From contig JAKASK010000002.1 in the NCBI GenBank assembly GCA_021819105.1, positions 86,992 to 118,991 on the forward strand: a DNA stretch of 32,000 nt, in the 5' to 3' direction. Below, piece by piece: positions 28,619 through 32,000 of this stretch; the first letter of the stretch is position 1, and each line of letters opens with the position of its first letter. The position numbers were made by a program, and so were the translations under genes. The notes under the pieces were generated by a model that did no database searches, had not been told where the DNA came from, and saw nothing but the letters and a program-made list of their open reading frames with translations. The stretch is from an archaeon. Lineage in GTDB: Archaea; Thermoproteota; Nitrososphaeria; Nitrososphaerales; Gagatemarchaeaceae.

Positions 28619-29962
28619 TTGTGGAACGCAGTTGAAATAGAGCCCGCTGAGGCGGTCCTGAGGTTGTCGCCTGAATACGAACGGACCACCGGAGGCTCGG
28701 AGCGGCTCTTCCGGAGGGCGCGCAGGGTCTTCGCGGGAGGGATAAACCACAACGCGCGGTATTACGAACCGTATCCCATCTTCGTGAGCAGGGCGAAGGG
28801 GCAGCACATATGGGACGAAGACGGCAACAGGTTCACGGACTACTGGATGGGGCACATGGCACTCATCCTGGGCCACTCCCCCAAGGCAGTGGTCGACGCC
28901 CTACGTGGGCAGATTGCTAACGGGACCCACTACGGAATGGGGAGCAGCCTGTCCGTCGAACTTGGAGAGGAGATACAGAAGACGGTGCCCTGCGCCGAGA
29001 TGCTCAGGCTTTGCAACACCGGTGCCGAAGCCACGATGTACCTGGTCCGGCTCGCCAGGGGATACACGGGGAAGAGGGTCGTGATCAAGATGGCGGGGGG
29101 TTGGCACGGCTACAACACGGAGCTGAACAAGGGAGTGCATAGGCCGTTCGACAGGGCCGAGAGCGCCGGGATCCTGGCTGAGGAGCAGGAGTTCGTGAAG
29201 ACGGTCAGGTTCAACGACCTCGAGGCGGCCGAGCGCGCGGTCAGAGAAGCCCGAGGGGACGCCGCGGTGATCTTCCTGGAGCCCGTGTTGGGTGCGGGAG
29301 GGTGCATCCCCGCGGACGAGGGGTATCTGAAGGGGCTCAGGGAGCTTGCGGACAGGTCAGGGACCCTGCTCGCCTTCGATGAAATCATCACAGGGTTCAG
29401 GGTCGCGCTCGGAGGGGCCCAGGAAAGGTACGGCGTCACCCCAGACCTCGCCTCTTTCGGGAAGATAGCGGGAGGAGGGCTCCCCCTCGGGCTGGTCGCG
29501 GGGAGGAAGGAGATACTCTCTCTGGCCGACCCTTCAAGGAAGGAGAGGTTCGTCTCCATCGGGGGCGGGACTTTCTCCGAGAACCCGTTGACCATGGTCG
29601 CGGGACTGGCGACGGTGAAGCACCTGAGGAAGAACGCGAAGTCCATCTATCCTAGGCTCGAGAAGTTGGGGGCGCGTCTAAGGGATGGGGTCGACAGGGA
29701 GTTCGGGGAGAACGGGATCGAGGCGCATACTACCGGGATGGGGTCCCTCTTCCTCACGCACTTCGGTACTGTGCCGACCAGCCCAGAAGAGACGTCCACC
29801 GAGGACAAGCCGATGCAGAAGAGATACGCGCTGGCCTTGATGCCCAGGGGGCTCTTCATCCTGCCGGGGCACCCTGGCGGGATTTCGACCGCCCACACAG
29901 ACGCGGACATCGGACGTCTCGTCAACGAAAGCGGGACTCTTTCTGCCACTATGAGACACTAG
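28619..29962 (+). CDS. Class-III PLP aminotransferase, glutamate-1-semialdehyde 2,1-aminomutase (HemL)-like
   Basis: 447 aa as tracked. FDEIITGFRVALGGAQERYGVTPDLASFGKIAGGGLPLG is the HemL-type PLP-lysine region. The N-terminal GGINHNARYY departs from the canonical GGVNSPVRAF. An alternative TTG start at 28664 lies about 26 nt after the TATA-like TGAAATAG. Confidence 0.85.
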   Translation: MWNAVEIEPAEAVLRLSPEYERTTGGSERLFRRARRVFAGGINHNARYYEPYPIFVSRAKGQHIWDEDGNRFTDYWMGHMALILGHSPKAVVDALRGQIANGTHYGMGSSLSVELGEEIQKTVPCAEMLRLCNTGAEATMYLVRLARGYTGKRVVIKMAGGWHGYNTELNKGVHRPFDRAESAGILAEEQEFVKTVRFNDLEAAERAVREARGDAAVIFLEPVLGAGGCIPADEGYLKGLRELADRSGTLLAFDEIITGFRVALGGAQERYGVTPDLASFGKIAGGGLPLGLVAGRKEILSLADPSRKERFVSIGGGTFSENPLTMVAGLATVKHLRKNAKSIYPRLEKLGARLRDGVDREFGENGIEAHTTGMGSLFLTHFGTVPTSPEETSTEDKPMQKRYALALMPRGLFILPGHPGGISTAHTDADIGRLVNESGTLSATMRH

Positions 29963-30292
29963 GACGGCCGGGAACGGGCTCCGAAGTTTCAGCGTCCCGA
30001 CTCCTCCCTGCTACCTGCCGCCGGGGGCGTCCGTTGGGCCCGCGGGTCCCCAAGGGTTGCGGCGCCGGGCGGGTTGCCAGAAGACCTTGGCCTGCGGGTG
30101 CTAGAGGGCGTCGTTCAGAGCTCTCAAAGATCGGGTCCCCGACGGGCCGACAGCTCCACCGTCCGAGCGGCGCGGAGCGCATTGGACGAACATGCCGACG
30201 GAGCTGGCCCAACCCCCCCTTCCATCGAAGAGACCGGAGGCATGGCCCGAGCGAAGAATCGGATTACAAAAGACGGGACCGGGGCCAGGCTA

Positions 30293-30907
30293 CTAGATTG
30301 CCTTCCCCAGTCGAGCGTCAGCTTCGGACCAGTTTACGACGTTCCACCATGCGTCGACGTACTTTGCTTTGTCGTTGAGGTATTGGAGGTACCAACTGTG
30401 CTCCCAGAGGTCGGAGCACACGATGACCGCGGACTGGGCGATATGGTTCAGGTTGTGCTTCTCTACCTGCGAGATGATGAGTTGTTCGCTGGCTGGTTCG
30501 TATATCAGCATCGCCCAGCCGCTCCCTTCGACCGTCTTTGAGGCGTCAGAGAACTGCGCCTTGAATTTGTCGAAGCTTCCGAAGTCTTTGTTGATCTGGT
30601 CGGCTAGTTTCCCGCCAGGCGTCCCGCCCCCCTTCCCTGCAGGCGCCATGTTCGGCCAGAAGAGCGAATGGAGGATATGGCCGTCTGCATTGAATCCAAA
30701 GTCGCGGAGCACAGCTTTGATGTCGATCTGGAGTTCGCCCTTCCTGGCCTTGTCCAGCTTCTCCATCGCGGCGTTCGCCCCGTTGACGTAGCCTTGGTGG
30801 TGCTTGTCATGGTGCAAAGTCATGATCTGTCTGGATATGTGCGGCTCGAGGGCTTCGTACGAGTACGGCAAAGGTGGCAGTGTGTAGTTCTTCATGTGAG
30901 AAACCAA
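30293..30907 (-). CDS. sod: Fe/Mn superoxide dismutase
   Basis: LPPLPYSYEALEPHISRQIMTLHHDKHHQGYV and DLWEHSWYLQY are classic Fe/Mn-SOD motifs. The likely true start is the ATG at 30895 (MKNYTLPPLPY). Confidence 0.95.
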   Translation of the reverse strand: MVSHMKNYTLPPLPYSYEALEPHISRQIMTLHHDKHHQGYVNGANAAMEKLDKARKGELQIDIKAVLRDFGFNADGHILHSLFWPNMAPAGKGGGTPGGKLADQINKDFGSFDKFKAQFSDASKTVEGSGWAMLIYEPASEQLIISQVEKHNLNHIAQSAVIVCSDLWEHSWYLQYLNDKAKYVDAWWNVVNWSEADARLGKAI

Positions 30908-30933
30908 GATTCCATTGCGTAAAAACTTGTCTG

Positions 30934-31599
30934 CTACGCGGTGATCGACGCCTTCGTCTTCTTCGCCTTCTCCCAGTCTTCGAGGAAGCGCTTCAGCCCC
31001 GCGTCGGTGAGCGGGTGCTGCATCATCTTCTCCATGACCTCCGGCGGCATTGTGGCTATGTCGGCTCCGACCTTGGCCGCTTCGAGGACGTGCTGCGGGT
31101 GCCTGATGCTCCCCACCAGGACCTCCGCCTTCAGACGATAGTTGTCGCGTATCTTCACCAGGTCCTCGACCACTTCCATCCCCCGCTGCCCGATGTCGTC
31201 CAGTCGGCCTATGAACGGGCTGATGAACGAAGCGCCCGCCTTGGCGGCCAGGAGCCCTTGGTTCGCGGAGAAGACCAGGGTCACGTTGACCCGCATCCCG
31301 GCCTGGCTGACGGCCCTGGTCGCCCTCAGCCCTTCGGGGATCATAGGTATCTTGACGACGACGTTGGGTGCGATGGTAGCGAGGTGCTTCGCCTCGGCGA
31401 CCATGCCGGCGAAGTCGGTGCTCACCACCTCGGCGCTGACGTCCCCCTTCACCTCCCTGCAGATTGCGGCGACTATCTCCTCGAACTCGCCCGGCTCCCT
31501 CGCCACCAGGGTCGGGTTGGTGGTGATGCCGTCCACTATGCCCATCTGGTTGAGCTTCTTGATCTGTGCGAGGTTGGCTGTGTCGAGGAAGAGCTTCAT
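30934..31599 (-). CDS. Transaldolase / fructose-6-phosphate aldolase (short TalC/Fsa type)
   Basis: 221 aa. MKLFLDTANL...GITTNPTL and the active-site region VVKIP are typical of the about 220-aa transaldolase subfamily. Confidence 0.9.
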   Translation of the reverse strand: MKLFLDTANLAQIKKLNQMGIVDGITTNPTLVAREPGEFEEIVAAICREVKGDVSAEVVSTDFAGMVAEAKHLATIAPNVVVKIPMIPEGLRATRAVSQAGMRVNVTLVFSANQGLLAAKAGASFISPFIGRLDDIGQRGMEVVEDLVKIRDNYRLKAEVLVGSIRHPQHVLEAAKVGADIATMPPEVMEKMMQHPLTDAGLKRFLEDWEKAKKTKASITA

Positions 31600-31633
31600 C
31601 CTTGTCTCAACGGCCCAAGTTTGATATTAAAGG

Positions 31634-32000
31634 CTACTGCGGCTTCAGCCCCAATGCCGCCTGCTCGATGTTGGCGGCCGTGAGGCCGTACTTCTTCAGC
31701 AGCTCCCCGGCCTCGCCGCTCTCGCCGAAGGTGTCCATGACCCCCACCCTCTTCATCGGCGTCGGGCGAACCTCTCCGAGGACTTCCGCCACCGCTGACC
31801 CCATCCCGCCTATGATGTTGTGCTCCTCGGCGGTCACCACCCTGCCGCAACTTTGCGCGACCCTGGCAATCGCGTCCGAGTCGACCGGCTTGATGGTGTG
31901 CAGGTCGACCACAGAAGCAGAGACCCCCTTCGACTTCAGGGACTCGGCCGCCTTCAGGGCCTCCGGGACCATTATCCCGCACGCGATAAGCGCGACGTCG
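31634..32000 (-). CDS. Transketolase, C-terminal subunit (partial; continues beyond the window)
   Basis: The C-terminal sequence LHTIKPVDSDAI...VVTAEEHNIIGGMGSAVAEVL...GESG matches the transketolase C-terminal/pyrimidine-binding subunit. The reading frame is open to the window edge. Confidence 0.85.
   Translation of the reverse strand, partial: DVALIACGIMVPEALKAAESLKSKGVSASVVDLHTIKPVDSDAIARVAQSCGRVVTAEEHNIIGGMGSAVAEVLGEVRPTPMKRVGVMDTFGESGEAGELLKKYGLTAANIEQAALGLKPQ

Noticed and set aside
28586-28664. Apparent 5-bp divergent spacer between the OGG and HemL-like starts (28613/28619), considered as overlapping bidirectional promoters
   Set aside because: It is more simply explained by over-extended TTG starts in the track. 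An internal GTG (28586) and TTG (28664) give normal N-termini and leave a 77-bp spacer with TATA-like elements at appropriate distances.
29963-30292. Specific identification of the long convergent spacer as SRP (7S) RNA or RNase P RNA
   Set aside because: I could not find the conserved helix-8 GGAA/AGCA elements of SRP RNA or the CR-I/CR-V blocks of RNase P on either strand, only loose resemblances. It is kept only as a generic ncRNA candidate.

Overview
High-GC (roughly 60-65% by eye) archaeal chromosomal window. Archaeal hallmarks: A/T-rich TATA boxes about 25-32 nt upstream of many start codons (mostly leaderless genes), a tRNA-Tyr with a bulge-helix-bulge intron, ribosomal protein L13e, a split transketolase and a compact 4-helix heme A synthase. 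From about 0.07 to 25.2 kb the window is a dense aerobic-respiration and copper-protein island. It holds three membrane-anchored type-1 cupredoxins and a fourth CuA-like cupredoxin, a heme-copper oxidase operon (subunit II, subunit I, two 2-TM micro-proteins), and heme O and heme A synthases. It also holds thioredoxin, a ZIP-like permease, a possible CtaG-like assembly protein, a large CcoG/NapH-like membrane polyferredoxin fusion and a Rieske protein fused to a 4-TM domain. Surface components are a CbsA/EB_dh-like extracellular glycoprotein and two Vgb/NHL-type beta-propeller proteins. Two paralogous membrane proteins with a membrane-embedded CPxC motif bracket the island. I saw no cytochrome c (CxxCH) or cytochrome b gene. 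The right third is housekeeping: a tandem-wHTH regulator, L13e, OGG glycosylase, a HemL-like aminotransferase, SOD, transaldolase/FSA and transketolase-C. The strongest non-genic signal is a 14-bp 6-2-6 palindrome, CC(T/G)AAC-NN-GTT(A/C)GG. It recurs in seven intergenic regions of the island, with perfect copies at the oxidase and sulfocyanin-like promoters, and looks like the operator of an undescribed regulon. Two 59-aa two-TM ORFs fall one codon below the ORF-track cutoff. A 330-bp GC-rich gap between convergent genes has no credible ORF. I saw no CRISPR array, transposase, integrase or recognisable defence genes. All functional calls rest on motif recognition by eye, not database searches.
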